From contig DXJL01000095.1 of assembly GCA_019057635.1 (NCBI GenBank), forward strand, positions 1 through 25,614: a stretch of DNA of 25,614 bases. The letters run 5' to 3'. The first letter of the stretch is position 1, and each line of letters opens with the position of its first letter. Source of the DNA: Candidatus Heimdallarchaeota archaeon. GTDB lineage: Archaea > Asgardarchaeota > Heimdallarchaeia > Hodarchaeales > Hodarchaeaceae. Positions 18,199 through 25,614 of the stretch are shown here, piece after piece. The translations under genes were made by a program, and so were the position numbers. The notes under the pieces were generated by a model. That model saw only the letters and a list, made by a program, of their open reading frames with translations. It was not told where the DNA came from and ran no database searches.

Positions 18199-19296
18199 CT
18201 ATTCCTTTAAAGGGTTCAATTTTCGTAATTTAGATAATTTTCGGGTTCTGAAAGATTCCCAGGGCGTATTCATTAAAATTTCCCAATTTAAGTAGCATGA
18301 ACAAATTTCTGAGAAGTTTTCCGGTAGTTTTTCTCTTTGGACAGCTTTTTCAATCAGCTTGAGTACAATTTTATCACATTTTCCACAATTGTGAGCTCCT
18401 CGTTCTTTACCTGCGGCTGTGGGGTCACAAATAATTTTTATATTAGGAGCAATCTCATTAGCGATCTTAATCAGATGAAGTACAGTCCATAACCAAGGAG
18501 GTTGATATTCATCCTTTCTAAAAAGTTCGTAGATCAACGTCCCATTCTGAATATTACATGGATTTATTGAGATAACATCTGTTCCCATTTGTTTCGCATC
18601 AAAAACAGTCTTAATGGAATCTCTCAATGCTTCTTGTTCACTAAGAAACGGTGGTTTAATAAAAACGTAACTTTTAACTTCAACACCGATTGATTGTAAA
18701 TATATCAGACTAGATTCGAATTTTTCTAGAGTTGTTCCCTTATTCCAGCAATCTAGTAATATTGCGTTGTTAGAGCTCTCTAAACCAATACCAATTTCTA
18801 ATTTGATATTTGAAAGACGTTTGAGAATTTCTTTAATGGCTGTTTTCTCTTTTAAAATGAATTCTGGTCTACATTCAATTGATAATTTAATTATCTGCCC
18901 AGAACTTATAATAAGATCTATTATGGTATTTCTTAATTCCTCTGGAACATCGCTCTTATCAAAGAAGCTCCCCGAATTGAAAATCTGTAACTCAAGTGGT
19001 TTATTATACTTAGCCTCAATTATTAATCTTCTTAATTCATCTTCAATCTTTGTGACTGGGATTTGATTCTCTCTTGAGGAATCATTGACATATCCACAAA
19101 CTGAACATCCCCCATTATCCGATAAAGCCCAACTACATCCCTTGGATGGGATTACTATGGTCACGGTGATATAATCCTCTTTTTCTGACACACTACTCCA
19201 TATTTTGGAATGAGAGGTATCTGACACTTGAGTAAGGTACTTGTGACGAATTTCTTGAATTCTGTCCGAAATAAGAGGATTGACTTGTTTATGCAT
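18199..19296 (-). CDS. raSEA: Archaeosine biosynthesis radical SAM lyase RaSEA (TIGR01210-like)
   Basis: Atypical radical SAM motif GCSWALSDNGGCSVCGY, FNSGSF, IGLES, KPPFLSE, PPWLWT and RGAHNCGKCD. Overlaps arcS by 8 nt. Confidence 0.88.
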   Translation of the reverse strand: MHKQVNPLISDRIQEIRHKYLTQVSDTSHSKIWSSVSEKEDYITVTIVIPSKGCSWALSDNGGCSVCGYVNDSSRENQIPVTKIEDELRRLIIEAKYNKPLELQIFNSGSFFDKSDVPEELRNTIIDLIISSGQIIKLSIECRPEFILKEKTAIKEILKRLSNIKLEIGIGLESSNNAILLDCWNKGTTLEKFESSLIYLQSIGVEVKSYVFIKPPFLSEQEALRDSIKTVFDAKQMGTDVISINPCNIQNGTLIYELFRKDEYQPPWLWTVLHLIKIANEIAPNIKIICDPTAAGKERGAHNCGKCDKIVLKLIEKAVQREKLPENFSEICSCYLNWEILMNTPWESFRTRKLSKLRKLNPLKE

Positions 19297-21205
19297 TTTC
19301 TTTCACCTTCTGACGAATTTTTACACCTAATCCCCGAGGCATGTCGGCTAATAGCTTCCCTGGAAGATAAGCGACTCCTGTAGCCATGAGTTCTTCATTT
19401 TCATTAACTACTATCACTTCATCATTTATCCTGATTTCATGATCAGCCTGTCTAATGGCATTGGCAAATATTGTAGTTCCCCTTATACTTTCCCCATCAA
19501 ATCTCACTATATTTTTCGCTGTGCCAATCATACGTCTTGCAGCTTCTAGTGATAACGTTAAAAAGCCAGTAGAGGACCGAAAAGTCAATAGATGCTTACC
19601 AGCAAATTGAATTCGGATACCGAGTTCTTTATATCCTTGAAGTCTTACATTTTCAGGGATTAGTAACTTTCCTACTCCAATTCCAAATTGATAATCGGCG
19701 ACTACTCGTAAAAAATCAAGGAGCTTATTTCTCTTTGGAATTGGTTTTATGATTAGTTTTTCAGTAAGGAGACGTCTAAACTGATACAAACTTTCTTTTG
19801 AGGTTAGAGCTGGGACATCATCATCTATAATGTGAACAGCTCTGTCTAAATTCTTGCAAACATCAACAAGCACTCTTTTTTCCGTTCCTTTTAAATATCC
19901 CAAAAGTTGAACAGTAGTTGGGCAGTTTTTCAGAAAATTTTCAAGATCCTCAGCAAGTTGTTCTCGTTCTAGACAACTCCAATCTCCTGTAACTGGTATA
20001 TCGTAATGCGCAGCAGGATATGTATATTCTAACTCTCTGGGGACAATTCCCAGCGGACTTGTGAGAATAATCTCTGCAAGAGAGTGGCGTCGACTTTTCA
20101 GAGTTCTTCGAATAGCACTTTGGAATGCACGATGTGATTTCGACTGAGAGTAGGGTTTCCTTGCAGAACATGGAAGGAAAACTATACCTTGTATATGAGA
20201 AGCTAGTCGATATCTATCTCTTACCCTTTCTCTAAAGCGTTTAACCTCTGGTCTAGAAAAATCAGTTTCGTCTGTGCAGTAAAGTGATTTTGCCCCATAT
20301 GTTGTTGTTCCTTGATCTAACGGTATTTGTTTGTCAATCATTCGGAGTAAGGTCTTCTGGGGGGGATATGAATTTGCGTATATTCGGACTAAATCACGTA
20401 ATTTACCTGATTTAAGAGCGGATTTCATACGATTTATTACAAGTATATAATCCTCCGCTTTATTATCCATTTCCAATACATTTTCTCCGTTTGTAAGTGT
20501 AGAAAGGAAAGTAAAATCAAATAAATCAATACCCAGATAGGTCAGGATGGGAAAAAATGAAGAGGGTACGCCAGGTGCATGTAGCATAACATCAGGAGTA
20601 ATTATTTCTTTTATTGAAGATAAATATTGCAATAGAAATTTCGGATGGTTCAGTAATGACGAAATATCTCCTAAACTAATGATTCCAACCTTAAAAGGGA
20701 TGGTTTCTTTTAAAGATTCAGCTAGATTAGATCTAAATGGGATATTAACCATAAATTTAGACTGGAGAATACTAGTTATTGAGATTAAACGATTAATGGT
20801 TGAAATATATTCATTAATGTGATCTAAATAGATTTCAGGTAAATCCCATGGAATTAAGTGGAAAAATTCGTCTCGAGATACCAATGATTGGAAGATCTTG
20901 GGAAAAAAATCTTCTATTTTAGTCAAATTAGACAAAGATTTCCCCTGCATCTGTAAAGATGAATATAGAATGCATGTGGGAAAAGATGATAATTCTGGTT
21001 TTTGATGTTGTGAGTGGAAAAAAGGCTCAAGATTTGATTTGCTTAGAATTTTCTTCAATTTATCCGAGTTTTGATTTTCAATTGGAGATAAGTTATCTTC
21101 TTTTCTCATCTGAAGATTAAGAAAAGTAGGTGTTTCATAAGATCGTCCCAATTTCACATTCCCAAGTCTCCCCAATCCCTCATATTTTCGTATTTCAAAA
21201 GACAT
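19289..21205 (-). CDS. arcS: Archaeosine synthase ArcS (TGT-like N-terminus, ArcS core, C-terminal PUA domain)
   Basis: GLGRLG...TP N-terminus, LGIDLFD, FLPCSARKPYSQSKSH, TSPLGIVPRELE..YPAAHYDIPVTGDW, ADYQFG and a PUA-like C-terminus. Confidence 0.92.
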   Translation of the reverse strand: MSFEIRKYEGLGRLGNVKLGRSYETPTFLNLQMRKEDNLSPIENQNSDKLKKILSKSNLEPFFHSQHQKPELSSFPTCILYSSLQMQGKSLSNLTKIEDFFPKIFQSLVSRDEFFHLIPWDLPEIYLDHINEYISTINRLISITSILQSKFMVNIPFRSNLAESLKETIPFKVGIISLGDISSLLNHPKFLLQYLSSIKEIITPDVMLHAPGVPSSFFPILTYLGIDLFDFTFLSTLTNGENVLEMDNKAEDYILVINRMKSALKSGKLRDLVRIYANSYPPQKTLLRMIDKQIPLDQGTTTYGAKSLYCTDETDFSRPEVKRFRERVRDRYRLASHIQGIVFLPCSARKPYSQSKSHRAFQSAIRRTLKSRRHSLAEIILTSPLGIVPRELEYTYPAAHYDIPVTGDWSCLEREQLAEDLENFLKNCPTTVQLLGYLKGTEKRVLVDVCKNLDRAVHIIDDDVPALTSKESLYQFRRLLTEKLIIKPIPKRNKLLDFLRVVADYQFGIGVGKLLIPENVRLQGYKELGIRIQFAGKHLLTFRSSTGFLTLSLEAARRMIGTAKNIVRFDGESIRGTTIFANAIRQADHEIRINDEVIVVNENEELMATGVAYLPGKLLADMPRGLGVKIRQKVKENA

Positions 21206-21561
21206 GCGTTTCTACTCCTTAGTTTACCCAGAATATTCTTGAAATTTCCTCTAACTCGAAGGATATTAGCATAATCGTCAAAGATGAACAGATAGGATTC
21301 TACTAATAATGTTGATTGTTGAAAATACGAAACAGATGTCAAAGATTTCTGATATGATATATAAGGGAAATTTCATTCTTCGTTTATTTTAGATCGAAAT
21401 AAAGAATATCATCTAGATATTATCCGTATTGATAGAGGACATGAGATATGAATATTTGATGAAAATTAGATCCCTTAAACGCAAGGATCATTGTCATTAT
21501 TTGATAATCACACAGATTGAAAGTGAATTTTATCTTGAGTTCGTCTATTAGTAATACAACG

Positions 21562-22944
21562 ATGATGGAGTATTTTCGTCCAAGAGGAAAAATCGTTTGC
21601 CTTGGAAATAATATGAAATCTGAACTCGAACTGATAGAGAACATCTTAGACATAAACAATGATAAAAGAATACCAGTTCTTCTGCTCAGTTCTTCCACTA
21701 ATCTTAATGAATATGCTGATCAAGTAGTTATCTTTGATTCTGATTCAACAATTGCTCAAGTTCATAATCTTCTAAACTCCTCATTTTTATTTTTTTTGTT
21801 TAATTCTTCTGAACATGGAATACTGAGAATTTTAGGTACAATCCTAGCCTCAATTGAATACAGGGGCACGATCCCTATTTTTATCGATACTGGTAGAGGT
21901 CTACCCCCAGATCAAAAGAAAAATCTAGGTGAGTGTTATTTTCACTTCGATTTATCAGAGGATATCAATCAAAAGAGTTTTTCAGTATTTCTAGAAAGCA
22001 TAATATCTGTGTTATTACCTGATTCTGGGCTTGGGATATCATTTTCAGATTTAATTCAAATTTTTGGAAAATCTAAGAGTTTTTTTTATGGAATTTCACA
22101 ATCAACCCTCTTGGAACAAGTTCTAGAAGATTTAGTTGATCAAATTGGGGGAAAGCTTGTCCAAACTTTACCTGAAGAACTTGAAAATCTTGAAGCTATC
22201 TTTATCTCTGTTATTTCAGGAAAATCCCTCAGTTTGCAAATTATGAATAAGATAACCTCAAAATTTGCTTCAACATTTGGTATGGAATTCAATATCCATT
22301 TTTCTAATTCTGTAGAATCTGACCTTCAGGGTTACAAAACGATGGCCATACTTACAGATCTTCACCCTATAAATGAAATTTTTCCAGTTGCGAATCCCTT
22401 TTTAATGTTAGATTTTAATAATGAGACTGAAGACACTTCAACTGAATTATCCTTTTCAAATTCCGAAGAAAAACCATTGAAAGAAAATGAGGAGGATATG
22501 AGATTCCATATTTTGGGTAAAATATTTTCTGAATCTGAGGTTTACATATTTGATGATGGAGGACTTCCTCTATTTGCTAGTCACCGTCCAGCGGGGCAAG
22601 AAGTTTGTCTATATACTGGATTATTCTCTGCAATTCAATCTATGAGTTCAGATTTAATTGGTCATTCTCCAGACCATCTCACTGCGGGGGATAAAGAATG
22701 TGTATTTGTTTCACAGAAAGGTCCAAATCAAATACAACTAAGAGGAGTCGCCATTTGTCAAGGTGGACAGGAAGAAACTGCTAGAAATGACCTCAAAGTT
22801 TCTATGGATTTAGTTCATCGTGTAATGCTACAGGGAGAACCAGAATACGCTATAAACGATAAAATCCAAGGCATTCTTGTCAAAAGCTTCCAGAAAGGAG
22901 AACTATCTAATGGCTTTGCCTTAGCAAAATATCAAGCGAGCTAA
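21562..22944 (+). CDS. Hypothetical protein: degenerate FtsZ/tubulin-like N-terminal region fused to a C-terminal longin-like domain (track start TTG 21517, ATG 21562 more likely)
   Basis: Long ORF. FtsZ-like pattern GKIVCLG ... SGLGISFSDL ... AIFISVISGKSLSL ... IHFSNSVESDL...AILTDL. C-terminal VYIFDDGGLPLF...LYTGLFSAIQSMSSDL is typical of Asgard longin-like domains. Confidence 0.6.
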   Translation: MMEYFRPRGKIVCLGNNMKSELELIENILDINNDKRIPVLLLSSSTNLNEYADQVVIFDSDSTIAQVHNLLNSSFLFFLFNSSEHGILRILGTILASIEYRGTIPIFIDTGRGLPPDQKKNLGECYFHFDLSEDINQKSFSVFLESIISVLLPDSGLGISFSDLIQIFGKSKSFFYGISQSTLLEQVLEDLVDQIGGKLVQTLPEELENLEAIFISVISGKSLSLQIMNKITSKFASTFGMEFNIHFSNSVESDLQGYKTMAILTDLHPINEIFPVANPFLMLDFNNETEDTSTELSFSNSEEKPLKENEEDMRFHILGKIFSESEVYIFDDGGLPLFASHRPAGQEVCLYTGLFSAIQSMSSDLIGHSPDHLTAGDKECVFVSQKGPNQIQLRGVAICQGGQEETARNDLKVSMDLVHRVMLQGEPEYAINDKIQGILVKSFQKGELSNGFALAKYQAS

Positions 22945-22958
22945 CTAATTTCTACAGA

Positions 22959-23594
22959 TTATTTAGAAATAGGATTAATAGCTTCATTTGTTTGGTAACG
23001 TTCATAAACTTTTTCAACATAACCAAACTCTTCAATTAGTTCATGAATTCTTGTCGACTCAATATAGATTTCACAGGTCCATAAAATCAAGTACGCAGTA
23101 ATCATATGCAATTGAGGTGTAACTGATTCCTGTATTTCGAATAGGATCTGCTTACGTAGAGCGAGCTCTGTTTCATACATATCAATTATTTCTCGAATGG
23201 TATTTTCAGCTTGATCTATAATCTCTAAATCATGAGGCCATTCATCATTATCTTTTGCTGCTCGATTTTTCGCTGGTTGAAGGATATCACAGCGAAAGCT
23301 TTGCTCTATTTTTCTCATCTCGCGAATTACATCTTCAAAATGAGTTAAATAAGCATTCAATTCCGTAATGTGTCTATTGATAGATTCTGCAAGATTATAT
23401 GCTAGTCTGCCCTGTACATCATCAAACATAGTCTGTATTGCTTCAGAAAAGACACTTGATCTTTGAGTCAGGTTAAATCGTGATAAGATATTGAGTACCA
23501 TGTTTACAGTTCGTAACGACTGGCCTTGAACGGTGGTCCATTTTTTTTGAGAGATTTGTAACCTCTTTTTAAAGACCCGAATGCTCTGACTCAT
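22959..23594 (-). CDS. Helical-bundle protein resembling eukaryotic CINP / C1orf109 (AIRIM)
   Basis: KWTTVQGQSLRTVNMVLNI and IIDMYETELALRKQIL...AYLILWTCEIYIES parallel the conserved CINP segments as recalled (KWETLN...ANNIANL; MYRKELLLKR...SYLSMWLHQPYVES). Confidence 0.65.
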   Translation of the reverse strand: MSQSIRVFKKRLQISQKKWTTVQGQSLRTVNMVLNILSRFNLTQRSSVFSEAIQTMFDDVQGRLAYNLAESINRHITELNAYLTHFEDVIREMRKIEQSFRCDILQPAKNRAAKDNDEWPHDLEIIDQAENTIREIIDMYETELALRKQILFEIQESVTPQLHMITAYLILWTCEIYIESTRIHELIEEFGYVEKVYERYQTNEAINPISK

Positions 23595-23780
23595 AACCAG
23601 TCAAATCCTATCTTTTTCGACTTTCTCACCATGAATGAAATTATAGTTAAGAAAACAAGTCCTCGAATCAGGAAGTGTAAATTATTCCTTTAATATTATA
23701 CCTAATGATTGAGGCATAAAAAAATTCCCTTGGCCTTCACAATATCAATAAGGCATTTCCTCCTGATTTCTGTACTTAAC

Positions 23781-23820
23781 GTGTAAATAATTACACTCCT
23801 CTATAGGAAGTAAATAATTA
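23781..23820. promoter_or_regulatory. Palindrome GTGTAA-N4-TTACAC plus direct repeat GTAAATAATTA in a divergent promoter region
   Basis: Palindrome at 23781-23796. GTAAATAATTA at 23783-23793 and 23810-23820, with a near-copy GTAAATTATT at 23677-23686. Confidence 0.35.
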
Positions 23821-23854
23821 ATATCAAACTTGTTGTGTATAATGTGTGAGATGA

Positions 23855-25614
23855 TTGGCTAAAACGTACCAGATCTTATTGTGGACATTACTACTGACAT
23901 TTTCTTATAGTATTGACAATTCAGTTTATATAACTGACAATGCAACCGCTTTCACTTTCAAATCACTCTCTACCAGCGTAGATTTTACCAATTTTACCAT
24001 TATTCAATCAGGAATTCCTCAGGAAGGCGTTTTTACAAGCGAGAATCGCACTCATTACTGGAAACTAGAAAATGTAAATCAAAGTCAAGTTGTATATCTT
24101 TCTCTCTCTCCTCACAATGGTAATCAGAAAGAAAATCTGACTGTGGATTTATTTCGTCCATCAGGTGAGAGTTACTCACAAATCCTTGAACCCCCCGTGG
24201 ATTCTACTGATTATCTTACTTCTTGGTCAGCAAATGAAGATGGAGATTGGATTATTCAGGTTGACGACACAAGTGAGCCACCTGTCCTAAATTTGACCTA
24301 CACCATTCTAGTGATCATTCCGTCTTCTGCATTTAGTCTACCATCTGCTCCCTATATCACTACTACTCCAACTACAGCAAACTTTTCGATTAGCCATGAA
24401 AGTCATTATTGGAAAGTATTATTGGAAAAAAATCAAGTTGGAGAAATAAATCTTAAAGAAATCACCCCTACTGTCCTACGAGAATCTATAATTACTATTT
24501 TTCGTGAATTAAATCCTCAAAACCCGATTCTTTTGCCTTTTGTTATTTTACAGAATAATTATAGTTATTCATGGAATGCTCCCGCCTCAGATACATATTT
24601 CGTTAATATTACTCATAAAGCAAAGCAGGGTTTCCTTGGGCAGTATAATATTTCTTTTACTGCGGAAAAATTTGGATATAGTTTTGAAACAGCACAAGAG
24701 ATACCCTACAATCAAACATTCGCAGTCAATGTAGATCAGGGATTCATTCCAAAGAAACACTACTATTTTATGTTTAAAGTAAACGAAAGCCGAACTTTGA
24801 TAAACATCCGTGTTTTTGAGATGGATTCAACAGCTTCTACGATATTGGATTATGCAATTGTCGAAATCTATGATGAGGGTCGCCAAAGGCCAAAGCTGAC
24901 CATAAATGAAGTTTCACAAGATAGGGATGGTCAAATCAACATCTCAAAGAGACTTGATACTGGCATTTATTATTTAGTTGTTACACCAGAATCTAACGAA
25001 GTAGGAGTTTTTCATATATTTCTAGGATATCGACTTCCACAACCATTTGTATGGAATATTCCTGCGATCCTTCTAACCATTTGTGTAATCGTACTATTTC
25101 CAGTTTATTTGATTTATCTCGATTCAAAAGGAAAATGGTACCGTGTAAATCAATGGAATGTTGCTAGCTCTATCCAAAATACTTACAAAATCTTTCGAAA
25201 CAGTTTCAAAGGAATTTACAATATCAAAGAAGTACCTAGTGACTCAATCTTAATTCATATTGCTAGCATTCCATTTCGAACCTATGTCATTCTAAATTTT
25301 GTTGAGTCTTCTGAGAATGAAACATTAGTCTTTTCAAAACGTATTAACCGTAAATATGAGTGGGGGATCTATGTTCTAATAGGTCTATCTGTATTTGATG
25401 CATTAAATATTGGGGTCTATCTTTTATTCTCAGTACAATTTCTCCCCATATATTTTGCCAATCTGACATCTTTGATTTTATTTTTAACCATTCCAACAAT
25501 TTCACTGTTGATTATTGTATTATTCACCAATGGATCTTCATATATGACTTACAGCCAAGTCCATAATCGAATCTCGTATATAATACAAAATTTTGAGGAT
25601 TCAGAAGAAAACAC
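23855..25614 (+). CDS. Large membrane protein, 3'-truncated and not in the ORF track: signal peptide, about three PPC-like beta-sandwich repeats, TM, soluble loop, two more TMs
   Basis: Manual translation of frame +2 from TTG 23855 (MAKTYQILLWTLLLTFSY...) stays open for about 586 codons to the window end. Repeats contain THYWK / SHYWK / KHYYF and FETAQEI. Hydrophobic IPAILLTICVIVLFPVYLIYL segment. Many N-x-S/T sequons. Confidence 0.85.
   Translation, partial: MAKTYQILLWTLLLTFSYSIDNSVYITDNATAFTFKSLSTSVDFTNFTIIQSGIPQEGVFTSENRTHYWKLENVNQSQVVYLSLSPHNGNQKENLTVDLFRPSGESYSQILEPPVDSTDYLTSWSANEDGDWIIQVDDTSEPPVLNLTYTILVIIPSSAFSLPSAPYITTTPTTANFSISHESHYWKVLLEKNQVGEINLKEITPTVLRESIITIFRELNPQNPILLPFVILQNNYSYSWNAPASDTYFVNITHKAKQGFLGQYNISFTAEKFGYSFETAQEIPYNQTFAVNVDQGFIPKKHYYFMFKVNESRTLINIRVFEMDSTASTILDYAIVEIYDEGRQRPKLTINEVSQDRDGQINISKRLDTGIYYLVVTPESNEVGVFHIFLGYRLPQPFVWNIPAILLTICVIVLFPVYLIYLDSKGKWYRVNQWNVASSIQNTYKIFRNSFKGIYNIKEVPSDSILIHIASIPFRTYVILNFVESSENETLVFSKRINRKYEWGIYVLIGLSVFDALNIGVYLLFSVQFLPIYFANLTSLILFLTIPTISLLIIVLFTNGSSYMTYSQVHNRISYIIQNFEDSEEN

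Noticed and set aside
10965-21698. Antisense/alternate-frame ORFs within idsA, the coiled-coil gene, dnaK, dnaJ, raSEA and arcS, plus 21154-21342 and 21420-21698
   Set aside because: Shadows of conserved genes with no independent coding evidence.
23666-23768. Long-range inverted repeat AATCAGGA/TCCTGATT as a MITE or ncRNA
   Set aside because: Only 8-bp arms, with no target-site duplication or second copy seen and weak internal pairing.
24540-24734. 64-aa ORF in the track
   Set aside because: Out-of-frame passenger inside the long frame +2 ORF starting at 23855.

Overview
AT-rich archaeal chromosomal window. The gene content (archaeal TFE, ArcS/RaSEA, archaeal-type GGPP synthase, roadblock, longin-like and SNARE-like proteins) points to an Asgard archaeon, probably Heimdallarchaeia/Hodarchaeales-like (inference). 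Gene order: partial hutH, M20 amidohydrolase, glnA-like, divergent hutI-like, large surface S8 protease with site-1-protease-like architecture and a PGF-type C-terminal sorting signal, tail-anchored Q-SNARE-like protein, roadblock/LC7 protein, TFE, GGPP synthase, HAD hydrolase, archaeal coiled-coil protein, a Phr/HSR1-type regulator-grpE-dnaK-dnaJ operon preceded by a tandem palindromic operator, raSEA-arcS, a degenerate FtsZ/tubulin-like plus longin-like fusion, a CINP/C1orf109-like protein, and a large membrane protein missing from the ORF track that runs off the 3' end. The most notable signals are the 16-layer Q-SNARE motif next to a roadblock gene, the pseudo-FtsZ-longin fusion, the CINP-like protein and the S1P-like protease. 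All family assignments come from motif recognition by eye and recalled reference sequences, not database searches. No CRISPR array, rRNA, tRNA or mobile element was recognised.
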